Positions 1-7,778 of a DNA stretch of 32,905 nucleotides are shown here, piece after piece. Position 1 is the first letter of the stretch; each line of letters opens with the position of its first letter. The notes beneath the pieces were generated by a model. It was given only the letters and a program-made list of their open reading frames with translations. It was not told the DNA's origin and did not search any database. The DNA comes from a virus. The translations under genes and the position numbers were made by a program. The stretch lies in the IMG/VR virus record IMGVR_UViG_3300045988_085840; one strand, written 5' to 3'.

Positions 1-55
1 CATTACCACATTTATATTATACGCTGCATACGGCAAAAAGGCAAGGAAAAACAAC
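1..55. repeat. Terminal direct repeat, copy 1 (circular-closure overlap)
   Basis: Bases 1-55 (cattaccaca...ggaaaaacaac) are identical to 32851-32905, as read directly from the sequence. Confidence 0.95.
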
Positions 56-143
56 GGGGCTACGTCCCGTAAAAACACTTGATAAAAGTATTAGCTTACC
101 GACAGAGATACACAAAAAATATATATACGTGAGGTAAAGATAT

Positions 144-902
144 ATGCCGTATGTTAAGAGGACTACCAGGGCAGGCAAGACGATAGAGGTAGAATATTTC
201 TATACGTCAAGACTGAACAAAAAGGGAGCAAAGAGAAGAGACAAAGTAAAGCCTACACCAGAGGCGCAGAAAAAAGTAAACACTAAACAGGCAGAGAGAA
301 AGTTAAGGCTCTTAATGAACGCTAACTTTGCTTATGGAGATTACCACTTAGTACTAGACTACATAAGGCACAAGGGAGAGCCAGACAGAACACGCGAGGA
401 AATGAAAAAAGATATACAAGTATTCTTACGTGAGTGTAGAAAGCTATATAAAAAAGCTGGGTTAGAGTTTAAATACATACACGTTATAGAGATAGGCAAG
501 AAAGGCGCAAGACACCACCACCTAGTAGTAAATCGCATAGATACAAACTTGTTGCAGCAGGCTTGGTATAAAGCGTACGAGGGACACAACCGCGTTAAAG
601 TGTTCCCGCTGGACGATAGCGGACAATATGGAGACTTAGCAGCGTATTTTATTAAATATACAGATAGACACATACAGGACGCACCAGAGCAGAGGCTACA
701 GGGCAAGCGCTGGGCTGCAAGTAAAAATCTAGTACACCCAGAGCCAGAGTACGAGTATGTAACTGCCCGCTCGTGGTATCGCTGCGAAGCAAAAGCACCA
801 GCAGGCTACTACGTGGAAAAAGGCAGCGAAGAAAAGGGCATAGTAAGCCCCGAGTATTACGGCTACGGCTATTACCGCTATAGGCTGGTGCAGCTAGAGT
901 AA
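144..902 (+). CDS. Putative HUH-type rolling-circle replication initiator (Rep-like)
   Basis: 252-aa ORF with RBS gtgaggt upstream. It has the motif RHHHLVV (HUH-like), followed about 40 aa later by AAYFIKYTD (YxxK catalytic-Tyr-like). This is the motif order of pC194/Rep_1-type initiators. The call rests on motifs only. Confidence 0.5.
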   Translation: MPYVKRTTRAGKTIEVEYFYTSRLNKKGAKRRDKVKPTPEAQKKVNTKQAERKLRLLMNANFAYGDYHLVLDYIRHKGEPDRTREEMKKDIQVFLRECRKLYKKAGLEFKYIHVIEIGKKGARHHHLVVNRIDTNLLQQAWYKAYEGHNRVKVFPLDDSGQYGDLAAYFIKYTDRHIQDAPEQRLQGKRWAASKNLVHPEPEYEYVTARSWYRCEAKAPAGYYVEKGSEEKGIVSPEYYGYGYYRYRLVQLE

Positions 903-920
903 AGCAAGAAAGGCGAATAT

Positions 921-1358
921 ATGCGAAATGTGAGAATTGACAACGAGGCAGGAGCACAAGAAACACTATTTAACTGGGCGCAGTACCAGTATGCGAGATA
1001 CCCAGAGTTAGAGCTGCTATACCACATACCAAACGGCGGCAAGAGAGACGCACGTACAGCAGCCAACCTAAAGAGGCAGGGCGTAAAGGCTGGCGTACCA
1101 GACTTACACTTACCAGTAGCACGAGGCGGCTACAATGGGCTATACATAGAGCTTAAGGTAGGCAGCAATAAACCGACGCAGCTACAAAAGAAATGGCTAA
1201 GCAGCTTAAACGAGCAGGGCTATTTAGCGGTAGTGTGTTACGGCTGGCAAGAGGCAGCAGAGCAGTTAATAAACTACTTAGAGCTGGAAACAGCAGCAGG
1301 CGGCTTAAAGAGCGCAGACAATGAGACAGCGCAGAGCGGGTTAATGCCTGCGACATAA
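921..1358 (+). CDS. VRR-NUC domain nuclease
   Basis: 145 aa. The HIPNGGKR...GVPDL...LYIELK pattern matches the PD-(D/E)xK core of the VRR-NUC family common in phage replication modules. Confidence 0.75.
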   Translation: MRNVRIDNEAGAQETLFNWAQYQYARYPELELLYHIPNGGKRDARTAANLKRQGVKAGVPDLHLPVARGGYNGLYIELKVGSNKPTQLQKKWLSSLNEQGYLAVVCYGWQEAAEQLINYLELETAAGGLKSADNETAQSGLMPAT

Positions 1359-1372
1359 GAGAGGCGGCACGT

Positions 1373-1552
1373 ATGACAGAAAAAGAGGCGCTACAAGCAC
1401 TTACAGGAACACGAGACGACTATAACGACTACGCAAGAGCTTTAAATATCGCAATACGGGTATTAAGGGAACACGTAGCCGAGATAGATAAAAAGAGCCA
1501 GAACCAACGGAGAGAAAGAGAGGCAGACCATGAAAGTAATAAGCATTATTAA
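1373..1552 (+). CDS. Small hypothetical protein (59 aa)
   Basis: The ATG is preceded by RBS agagagg. The ORF fills the gap between the VRR-NUC gene and parA and overlaps the parA start by 23 nt. It is below the ORF-track length cutoff. Confidence 0.4.
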   Translation: MTEKEALQALTGTRDDYNDYARALNIAIRVLREHVAEIDKKSQNQRREREADHESNKHY

Positions 1553-2333
1553 CCTTAAGGGCGGCGTAGGGAAAACGTACACAGCGTATAACATAGCCTA
1601 CGAACTGCAAAAGAGAGGCAAGACAGTATTACTACTGGACAACGACAAGCAGGGCAATTTAAGCAAAGCAGCAGGGGCGTACAAGGCAGCGGGAGAGTGC
1701 GCAGCGGCTAAAGCGTTGTTAGGCGAATACAAGAACCCGTTAAAAGAATTGATTACAGAGCACCCACAGCACAACAACGTAGATATAATAACGGCTAATA
1801 TGTCGTTGATGTCGGCAGTATGGACAATGGCAGGCAGCAGCGGCAGCCAGATAGACGCATACGACAAATTAATACATACGCCTATTACTAACTTAGAGCT
1901 GCCATTTCCAGACACTATAAGCAGCTACTACGACTATATGATTATTGACAACCCGCCAGACATAGCCTTTAACGTAATAGCAGCACTAAAGATTACAGAC
2001 GAGGTTATAGTACCTGTAAAAATAGACGAGTGGGCGTTAGAGGGCTTAGACATTATAGCGGAGCAGATACAGGACGCTAAGCAGCTCAACCCAGACATAG
2101 AACTACTCGGAGCGCTAGTGACAATGTATAAAAACAATGACACGAACATAGCGGGGCTGGAATGGCTGCAACAGAAAAGCAAGGTTAAAATACTGGGGCA
2201 GATACGCTACACCGACAAAGCAGCAGAGAGCACGTTTTTTAATAAAGCGGCATACGAGTATAGCCCACGCTGCGGAGCTGCGCAGGACTACAAAAAACTG
2301 ATAACAAAGTATCTGAAAGAAAGCGAGGCGTAA
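1530..2333 (+). CDS. parA: ParA/Soj-family partition ATPase
   Basis: 267 aa. It has a deviant Walker A, NLKGGVGKT, at the N-terminus and an MIIDNPP Walker B-like segment. RBS is agagagg. Confidence 0.9.
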   Translation: MKVISIINLKGGVGKTYTAYNIAYELQKRGKTVLLLDNDKQGNLSKAAGAYKAAGECAAAKALLGEYKNPLKELITEHPQHNNVDIITANMSLMSAVWTMAGSSGSQIDAYDKLIHTPITNLELPFPDTISSYYDYMIIDNPPDIAFNVIAALKITDEVIVPVKIDEWALEGLDIIAEQIQDAKQLNPDIELLGALVTMYKNNDTNIAGLEWLQQKSKVKILGQIRYTDKAAESTFFNKAAYEYSPRCGAAQDYKKLITKYLKESEA

Positions 2334-2337
2334 AACT

Positions 2338-3624
2338 ATGGCAGCAGCAAATAAGTTTAGCTTTATGGATATATTAAACGCACAAAGCAAAGCGGACACA
2401 AAGGCAGCAGCGGTAACAGAGTACACGGAAATATACTTAAACCCGTACGACGTAGAGGAAACAGAAAGCAACTTTTACAGTCAAGAGAGCATAGAAGAGC
2501 TGGCAGACGCTATACTTGCCGTAGGACAGCAGCAGCCGACAGTATTAGGCAGGATAGACGGCAAATATAAAATTATAAGCGGGCACAGGCGCAACAAGGC
2601 TAACAGGCTGCTTATAGACAGGGGCTACGAGAAGTATAAAAGCGTGCGCTATCTCTACAAAGACATAACACCCGCAGGGCTAGAGCTTAGCTTGTTAGTC
2701 GGCAACGCATTTAACCGAGAGCTTACGCCGTACGAAAAGACAGAGCAGGCGGCAAGGTTAAAAAAAGCACTTATAAGAGCCAGAGACGAGGACGGCTTAG
2801 AGATACAAGGACGTATGCGCAACTTAATAGCCGACGTACTGGGCGAGAGTGCAACAAACGTAGGACGTATGGAGCAGATTAACAATAATCTTACGCCAGA
2901 GGCTAAAGAACAGTTTAAGGCGGGCAACTTAGGTATAACGGCAGCCTACGAGGCAAGTAAGCTAGACGAGGACGAGCAAAACGAAATAGCACAGCAGGCA
3001 GCAGCGGGCGAGGATATAAGAGCAAAAGAGATAGCCGCAAAGGTAGCAGAAAAGAAAGCGGGCGACGATTACAGGACGCCGCACCCAGAAAGCATTACGA
3101 GCCTATGCTATAGCTGCTTAAATTACAGCACTTGTAACGTAAAAACGGGAACGTGCGAAAAGTGCGACGAGTATATTAACAAAGCAGAGGCAGAAAAGAC
3201 GGACGAGCAGCGCTACGACGAGCAGCAGGCGGCAATAGATAAACAGACACAGAAAACACTACAGGCGAGAGAACGCGAGGCAGCATTAGACAAGGCACTA
3301 CAGCCAAAAGAGCAGAAAGTACACGAGCTTAAGTTAGCTGCTATGTATTTTAAGGACGTGGCAACAGGAAAAAAGAGCTTTGAACTGCGAAAGAACGACA
3401 GAGGCTTTAAGACTGGCGACGCGCTACGCCTTAATGAGTATGCCGACGGCAAAGAGACAGGCAGACACATAGAGGCAGATATAATATATATGCTGGAAGA
3501 TTACAGCGGCTTACAAGAGGGTTATTGTATACTCGGCATAAAGGTTACTAAGGTGCCCGAAACGGACACACAAATGGACGGGCAGACAGATATAAAAGAC
3601 TTCTTAAGCGAAAGCGGGGCGTAA
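2338..3624 (+). CDS. parB: ParB-like nuclease-domain protein fused to a C-terminal DUF3850/ASCH-like domain
   Basis: 428 aa. The N-terminus carries a ParB-box-like GHRRNKA motif. The centre has a Cys cluster, CYSCLNYSTCNVKTGTCEKC. The C-terminus, HELKLAAMYFKDVATGKKSFELRKNDRGFKTGD, resembles the DUF3850 (PUA/ASCH-like) signature. Confidence 0.75.
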   Translation: MAAANKFSFMDILNAQSKADTKAAAVTEYTEIYLNPYDVEETESNFYSQESIEELADAILAVGQQQPTVLGRIDGKYKIISGHRRNKANRLLIDRGYEKYKSVRYLYKDITPAGLELSLLVGNAFNRELTPYEKTEQAARLKKALIRARDEDGLEIQGRMRNLIADVLGESATNVGRMEQINNNLTPEAKEQFKAGNLGITAAYEASKLDEDEQNEIAQQAAAGEDIRAKEIAAKVAEKKAGDDYRTPHPESITSLCYSCLNYSTCNVKTGTCEKCDEYINKAEAEKTDEQRYDEQQAAIDKQTQKTLQAREREAALDKALQPKEQKVHELKLAAMYFKDVATGKKSFELRKNDRGFKTGDALRLNEYADGKETGRHIEADIIYMLEDYSGLQEGYCILGIKVTKVPETDTQMDGQTDIKDFLSESGA

Positions 3625-3625
3625 T

Positions 3626-3898
3626 ATGAATTACAGACAATGGAAAAAGAGTTATAAAAAGCGACACGGGTACAACCCGCCGCTTGAGGCTGATAAGCGG
3701 CAGCAGGCAAAGGCACTTAAAAAGGCTATGAGAAATACAAACACAACTATAAACGACATAACGGCAGCAGTACAGAATATGGGCGACGTAATAACAAGGG
3801 CTATTGCAAGGATATACAGAGGCATAAGCGACGGGTTTAGAGTGGCAGCAGACGCAGCGCAAAGCGTAGCGGAACGGATAGAAAGGGGCAGCGAATGA
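3626..3898 (+). CDS. Hypothetical protein (90 aa)
   Basis: ORF tightly packed after parB and ending in an ATGA overlap with the next gene. No recognisable motif. Confidence 0.6.
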   Translation: MNYRQWKKSYKKRHGYNPPLEADKRQQAKALKKAMRNTNTTINDITAAVQNMGDVITRAIARIYRGISDGFRVAADAAQSVAERIERGSE

Positions 3899-4263
3899 CA
3901 GCAATAGAGATATTTAAAACAATAGCGCTTGTAGCAGGCATATTAATAGCGCCGTTTATAATTGCAGCGTTGGTATGCGTATTAGTGGTTGCGCTGGGGC
4001 TTATTATAAGCCTGCTGCGTTTCCTGTTTACTATTGAGGTAGACGACGACGGCGGTATACGCGAGTGTATCGGCTGCCATTCTTACGACAACATACCATT
4101 AGCACTACGGGGCAAGACAACACAAGCAGACTACTGCGAAAACTGCAAGATTTACAAGAAAGCACAAAAGATTATAGCAAAGCGGCAACGGCGAGAAGAA
4201 AAGGAAACAGCAGCAAGACAAAAGAGCCAGACGTACGCTACGGCGGCGAAAATAACAGCGTAG
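3895..4263 (+). CDS. Membrane-anchored zinc-ribbon-like protein
   Basis: 122 aa. The N-terminal hydrophobic stretch IALVAGILIAPFIIAALVCVLVVALGLIISLL is followed by CIGC...CENC (CxxC x2) and a basic tail. Confidence 0.6.
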   Translation: MTAIEIFKTIALVAGILIAPFIIAALVCVLVVALGLIISLLRFLFTIEVDDDGGIRECIGCHSYDNIPLALRGKTTQADYCENCKIYKKAQKIIAKRQRREEKETAARQKSQTYATAAKITA

Positions 4264-4601
4264 CAATAGCACGCTTTGCGCTGGCGGTAGATGATTACAA
4301 AAGCACAGATTTTATTAATATACGCGCGCTCGGCAAAACGGCAGAGTGGGTAGAGAAATGGCTACAGAAAGGCAACAAAGTAGAGTTAGTCGGAAAGATT
4401 AAAACAGGGCACTATACAGGCAGGGACGGAAAAGAAATTTACTACACCGAAGTACTGGCAAGTAGCGTAAGTTTTGGAGAGACAAAAGCAGAGGCGCAGC
4501 AGAGGCAGCAGGCAGCAGGCGACAGACCACAGCCAACACCCAGCGACGGCGGCTTTATGGACATACCAGACGGCTACGACGACGGGTTACCATTCGACTA
4601 A
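4065..4601 (+). CDS. ssb: Single-stranded DNA-binding protein (the real start is uncertain)
   Basis: An OB-fold SSB-like sequence begins near KEPDVRYGG...FALAV...IRALGKTAEWVEKWLQKGNKVELVGKI...YTEV. It ends in the acidic tail DDGLPFD typical of bacterial and phage SSBs. The first ~55 codons of the ORF overlap the previous gene and look non-SSB-like. Confidence 0.65.
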   Translation: MYRLPFLRQHTISTTGQDNTSRLLRKLQDLQESTKDYSKAATARRKGNSSKTKEPDVRYGGENNSVAIARFALAVDDYKSTDFINIRALGKTAEWVEKWLQKGNKVELVGKIKTGHYTGRDGKEIYYTEVLASSVSFGETKAEAQQRQQAAGDRPQPTPSDGGFMDIPDGYDDGLPFD

Positions 4602-4639
4602 AAAGCAGCGCGGCAGCAGAAAGCGAGGAATAATTAAGA

Positions 4640-5155
4640 GTGAGCGAAATAAGGCTAAACGAGGACGAACTAGAGCAGATAATAACAACAGCCGCAAAAA
4701 AAGGCGTAGAGATTTACAAGCGAGAGGAACAGAAGAAACATAAAGCGGATAAATACCACGACACATTTAGCCTTATGAAGTGCTACAGAGACGCAGTTTT
4801 TCATAGAGACAACGCAGTAAGCGAAGCTGCGCAGCTACAGCAGCAGGGAGAATTAACAGAAGAGCAGCAGACTACATACTTGCGTAGCATACGACGCACA
4901 CGCTTTAAAACCATACTAATGCTAGACCACATAGACAAGGCAGTAGAAGAGATAGAGAGGCGCAGGCAGCAGCAGGGGCGCGAGGTAGAATATAAAGCAT
5001 TTGAGCTATACTTTATGCAAGGCTTAGACTATGTGGACATAGCCGAAGAATTGAACACGGGCAAGAACACACCGCGCCGCTGGATAAGCGGAATAATAAA
5101 CGAGCTAAGCGTATTACTCTGGGGGATAGACGAGGACGCTATAACGCAGAGGTAA
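4640..5155 (+). CDS. Putative late-gene transcriptional activator (sigma-70 region-4-like HTH, ArpU/RinA-type position)
   Basis: 171 aa with a GTG start. The C-terminal LDYVDIAEELNTGKNTPRRWISGIINEL resembles a sigma region-4 HTH. It lies immediately upstream of the packaging genes, as phage late activators do. Confidence 0.5.
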   Translation: MSEIRLNEDELEQIITTAAKKGVEIYKREEQKKHKADKYHDTFSLMKCYRDAVFHRDNAVSEAAQLQQQGELTEEQQTTYLRSIRRTRFKTILMLDHIDKAVEEIERRRQQQGREVEYKAFELYFMQGLDYVDIAEELNTGKNTPRRWISGIINELSVLLWGIDEDAITQR

Positions 5156-5218
5156 AAGCGTGGTAAAAAGCTGGGGTTTACGTGGGGTATTGCCTGCGGT
5201 AAAATGATAGCGTGAGAA

Positions 5219-5268
5219 AGAGCGGAAAGCTAAGCTACTTAAGCAGCATTAGTTAGCCGCTCTTTTTT
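5219..5268 (+). terminator. Rho-independent terminator after the early/replication operon
   Basis: agagcgg (5219-5225) pairs with ccgctct (5257-5263) and is followed by a T-run at 5263-5268. Confidence 0.6.
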
Positions 5269-5339
5269 ATTGCATTTTTCTAGCCTCCTAGCCTAGCGTA
5301 TGAAATCTAGGACGCTAGGCAAATAAAGAGAGGCAGGCT

Positions 5340-5630
5340 ATGAAAGAATGGGCTAAAGAGTTCTACCACAGCAAGGACTGGATAGACACACGGCGGGCTT
5401 ATCTCATATCGCAGCATTACTTATGTGAGCGCTGCGGCGAGCCTGCAAAGGTAGTACACCATAAGCACTACTTAACCAAGCAGAATATAAACAACGCAGA
5501 CATAGCACTTAACTGGGACAACCTCGAAGCGTTATGTCAAGACTGCCACAACAAGGAACACCACGCGGCAGCAGACACGCACCGCTACAAATTCGACGCA
5601 GACGGCAACGTAATACCAACGCAGCCGTGA
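5340..5630 (+). CDS. HNH endonuclease (packaging-associated)
   Basis: 96 aa. CERCG...VHHKH...NLEALCQDCHNKEH is a classic HNH/zinc-finger motif. It sits just upstream of the terminase genes. Confidence 0.9.
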   Translation: MKEWAKEFYHSKDWIDTRRAYLISQHYLCERCGEPAKVVHHKHYLTKQNINNADIALNWDNLEALCQDCHNKEHHAAADTHRYKFDADGNVIPTQP

Positions 5631-5758
5631 GCATATCCCCCCCTATTCAAAAATCTTGAATAGCCCAGCGGAGACCGAGGGGTGGAGCTTAAAAAAACTC
5701 TACAGGGGCGCGCGTACGTGGTGTAGGGGGTGTGGTGTGCGAGAAGTGAGGCGAAGAT
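5631..5758 (+). other. Candidate cos / packaging-initiation region
   Basis: 128-bp noncoding gap between HNH and terS with atypical G/T-rich composition (ggggtggag, gtggtgtagggggtgtggtgtgcg). It also holds a 7-bp inverted repeat, tattcaa-aaatc-ttgaata. The call rests on position and composition. Confidence 0.3.
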
Positions 5759-6112
5759 ATGGCAGGAAAGAAAGAGTACACAAAAGAAGAGAAAATTAAG
5801 AAAGAAAAAACCAGACTTAAAGGCATTTTTAAGAACCTCGACGAAAACAAAAAGAAACTTGTTACGCCGCTTATCGAAAAGGCTGCCTTTATGTCTGTCG
5901 AGCTCGATATATTGCAGGATAGTATACAGAAAAACGGCTGGACGTCGGAGTATCAGAACGGCGCGAACCAGTGGGGCGAAAAGCGCAGCGCAGAGGCAGA
6001 CACCTATATAGCGTTAAGCAAAAACTATACGGCAGTTATAAAGCAATTAACCGAGCTTGTACCAGCAGCAGAACGTAAGAAAAGCAAGTTAGCCCTGCTG
6101 CGAGAGGAATAG
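5759..6112 (+). CDS. terS: Terminase small subunit (P27-family-like)
   Basis: 117 aa, Lys-rich N-terminus, located directly upstream of terL. The size and sequence style fit the P27 small-terminase family. Confidence 0.7.
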   Translation: MAGKKEYTKEEKIKKEKTRLKGIFKNLDENKKKLVTPLIEKAAFMSVELDILQDSIQKNGWTSEYQNGANQWGEKRSAEADTYIALSKNYTAVIKQLTELVPAAERKKSKLALLREE

Positions 6113-6119
6113 CCCCAGA

Positions 6120-7772
6120 GTGCCGTATAAAAATTACATTTACGAGTATTACGCAAAGATTACAAGCGGCGAAATTGTAGCGGGTAAATGGATATTAGCA
6201 ATTTACAAAATACTTGTAGACGGACTGGAAAAACAAGAGTTTTTTTACAATGCAAAAAAGGCAAATAAGGCAATAAAGTTTATCGAAAATTTTTGCCACC
6301 ACAGCAAAGGCAGGAGCGATTTATTAAAGCTGGAATTATGGCAAAAAGCCATAGTATGCGCTATGTTTGGCATTGTAGACGACCAAAATATAAGAATTTT
6401 TCGAGAAATTTTTATAGTTATTGGACGAAAAAACGGCAAAAGTTTATTTGCAAGCGCCATTATTGCATATATGGCGTATCTCGAGCCAGAGTACGGGCAA
6501 GAGATTTATTGTTTAGCACCAAAGTTAGACCAAGCGGCGCTCGTTTACGACGCTTTTTACAAAATGGTAGAGGCAGAGGAAGAGTTAAAAGAGCTTGCTA
6601 AAAAGAGGCGCAGCGATATTTACCTAGAAGAGACGAACACGACTATTAAGCCTATTGCATTTAACGCAAAGAAAAGCGACGGCTTCAACCCGCAGCTAGT
6701 TATATGTGACGAAATGGCAGCGTGGAGCGGCGACGGCGGCTTAAAACAATATGAGGTTATGAAGTCGGCACTAGGTGCAAGGCGGCAGCCTATGATACTT
6801 AGCATATCTACAGCAGGCTATATTAACGACAGTATCTACGACGAATTAATGAAACGTGCCACCAGCTTTTTAAAAGGCAACAGTAAAGAGCGCAGGCTAT
6901 TGCCATTCTTATACATCATAGACGACGTAGAGAAATGGAACGATATAACAGAACTAAAGAAAGCCAACCCAAATATGGGCGTAAGCGTACAAGAGGGCTT
7001 TTTTAAAGACGAGATAGCAGTAGCAGAGGGCAGCTTAAGTAAAAAAGCAGAGTTTCTTACGAAATACTGCAATATTAAGCAAAACAGTAGCGTAGCGTGG
7101 TTAGAATACACGCTTGTAGACAAGGCAAGCGAAGAAAGCACGCTAGAGGACTTTAGAGACTGCTACGCCGTGGGCGGTATCGACTTAAGCCAAACAACAG
7201 ACTTAACAGCCGCAAGTATCGTAATCGAAAAAGACGGAATACTACACGCGTTTACACAGTTCTTTATGCCGCGTAACAGGCTGGAAAGCCTGCAAGCAAC
7301 CGACGGCGTACCATATGATGCATTTGTAAAAAAAGGCGTACTTACGCTATCTGGCGACAACTACGTAGACTACAAAGACGTATTTAACTGGTATGTAGAG
7401 CTGCTTAACACATACGGCATACGAGTATTACAGATAGGCTACGACAGATACAGCGCCCAGTACTTAATAGACGACCTTAAGGCGTACGGGTTCCATACCG
7501 ACGACGTATACCAGGGCGAGAACTTAACGCCAGTTATACGAGAATTTGAGGGAATTATTAAAGACGGCAACTTTAAAATTGCAAGTAACAACTTGCTTAA
7601 GTCGCATTTTCTAAACGTAGCGCTTAAGCAGAATTTAGAAACAAGAAAATTTAGACCTATAAAGATAGAACAGCGCGCGCATATAGACGGCTTTGTAAGC
7701 GTAATAGACGCTATGACAGTACGCCAGAAGTACAACGCGGAGCTAGGCGAGCTGCTTAAAAACGCAGCATAG
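6120..7772 (+). CDS. terL: Terminase large subunit
   Basis: 550 aa with a GTG start. It has Walker A-like VIGRKNGKS, a Walker B-like LVICDEMA and a C-terminal nuclease region. Gene order is conserved. Confidence 0.9.
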   Translation: MPYKNYIYEYYAKITSGEIVAGKWILAIYKILVDGLEKQEFFYNAKKANKAIKFIENFCHHSKGRSDLLKLELWQKAIVCAMFGIVDDQNIRIFREIFIVIGRKNGKSLFASAIIAYMAYLEPEYGQEIYCLAPKLDQAALVYDAFYKMVEAEEELKELAKKRRSDIYLEETNTTIKPIAFNAKKSDGFNPQLVICDEMAAWSGDGGLKQYEVMKSALGARRQPMILSISTAGYINDSIYDELMKRATSFLKGNSKERRLLPFLYIIDDVEKWNDITELKKANPNMGVSVQEGFFKDEIAVAEGSLSKKAEFLTKYCNIKQNSSVAWLEYTLVDKASEESTLEDFRDCYAVGGIDLSQTTDLTAASIVIEKDGILHAFTQFFMPRNRLESLQATDGVPYDAFVKKGVLTLSGDNYVDYKDVFNWYVELLNTYGIRVLQIGYDRYSAQYLIDDLKAYGFHTDDVYQGENLTPVIREFEGIIKDGNFKIASNNLLKSHFLNVALKQNLETRKFRPIKIEQRAHIDGFVSVIDAMTVRQKYNAELGELLKNAA

Positions 7773-7778
7773 AAAGGA

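Noticed and set aside
1-55. 55-bp ends as biological direct terminal repeats or LTR-like element boundaries
   Set aside because: An exact 55-bp overlap at contig ends is most simply the signature of a circular assembly. The HNH-terminase module suggests cos ends located elsewhere. This cannot be excluded without read data.
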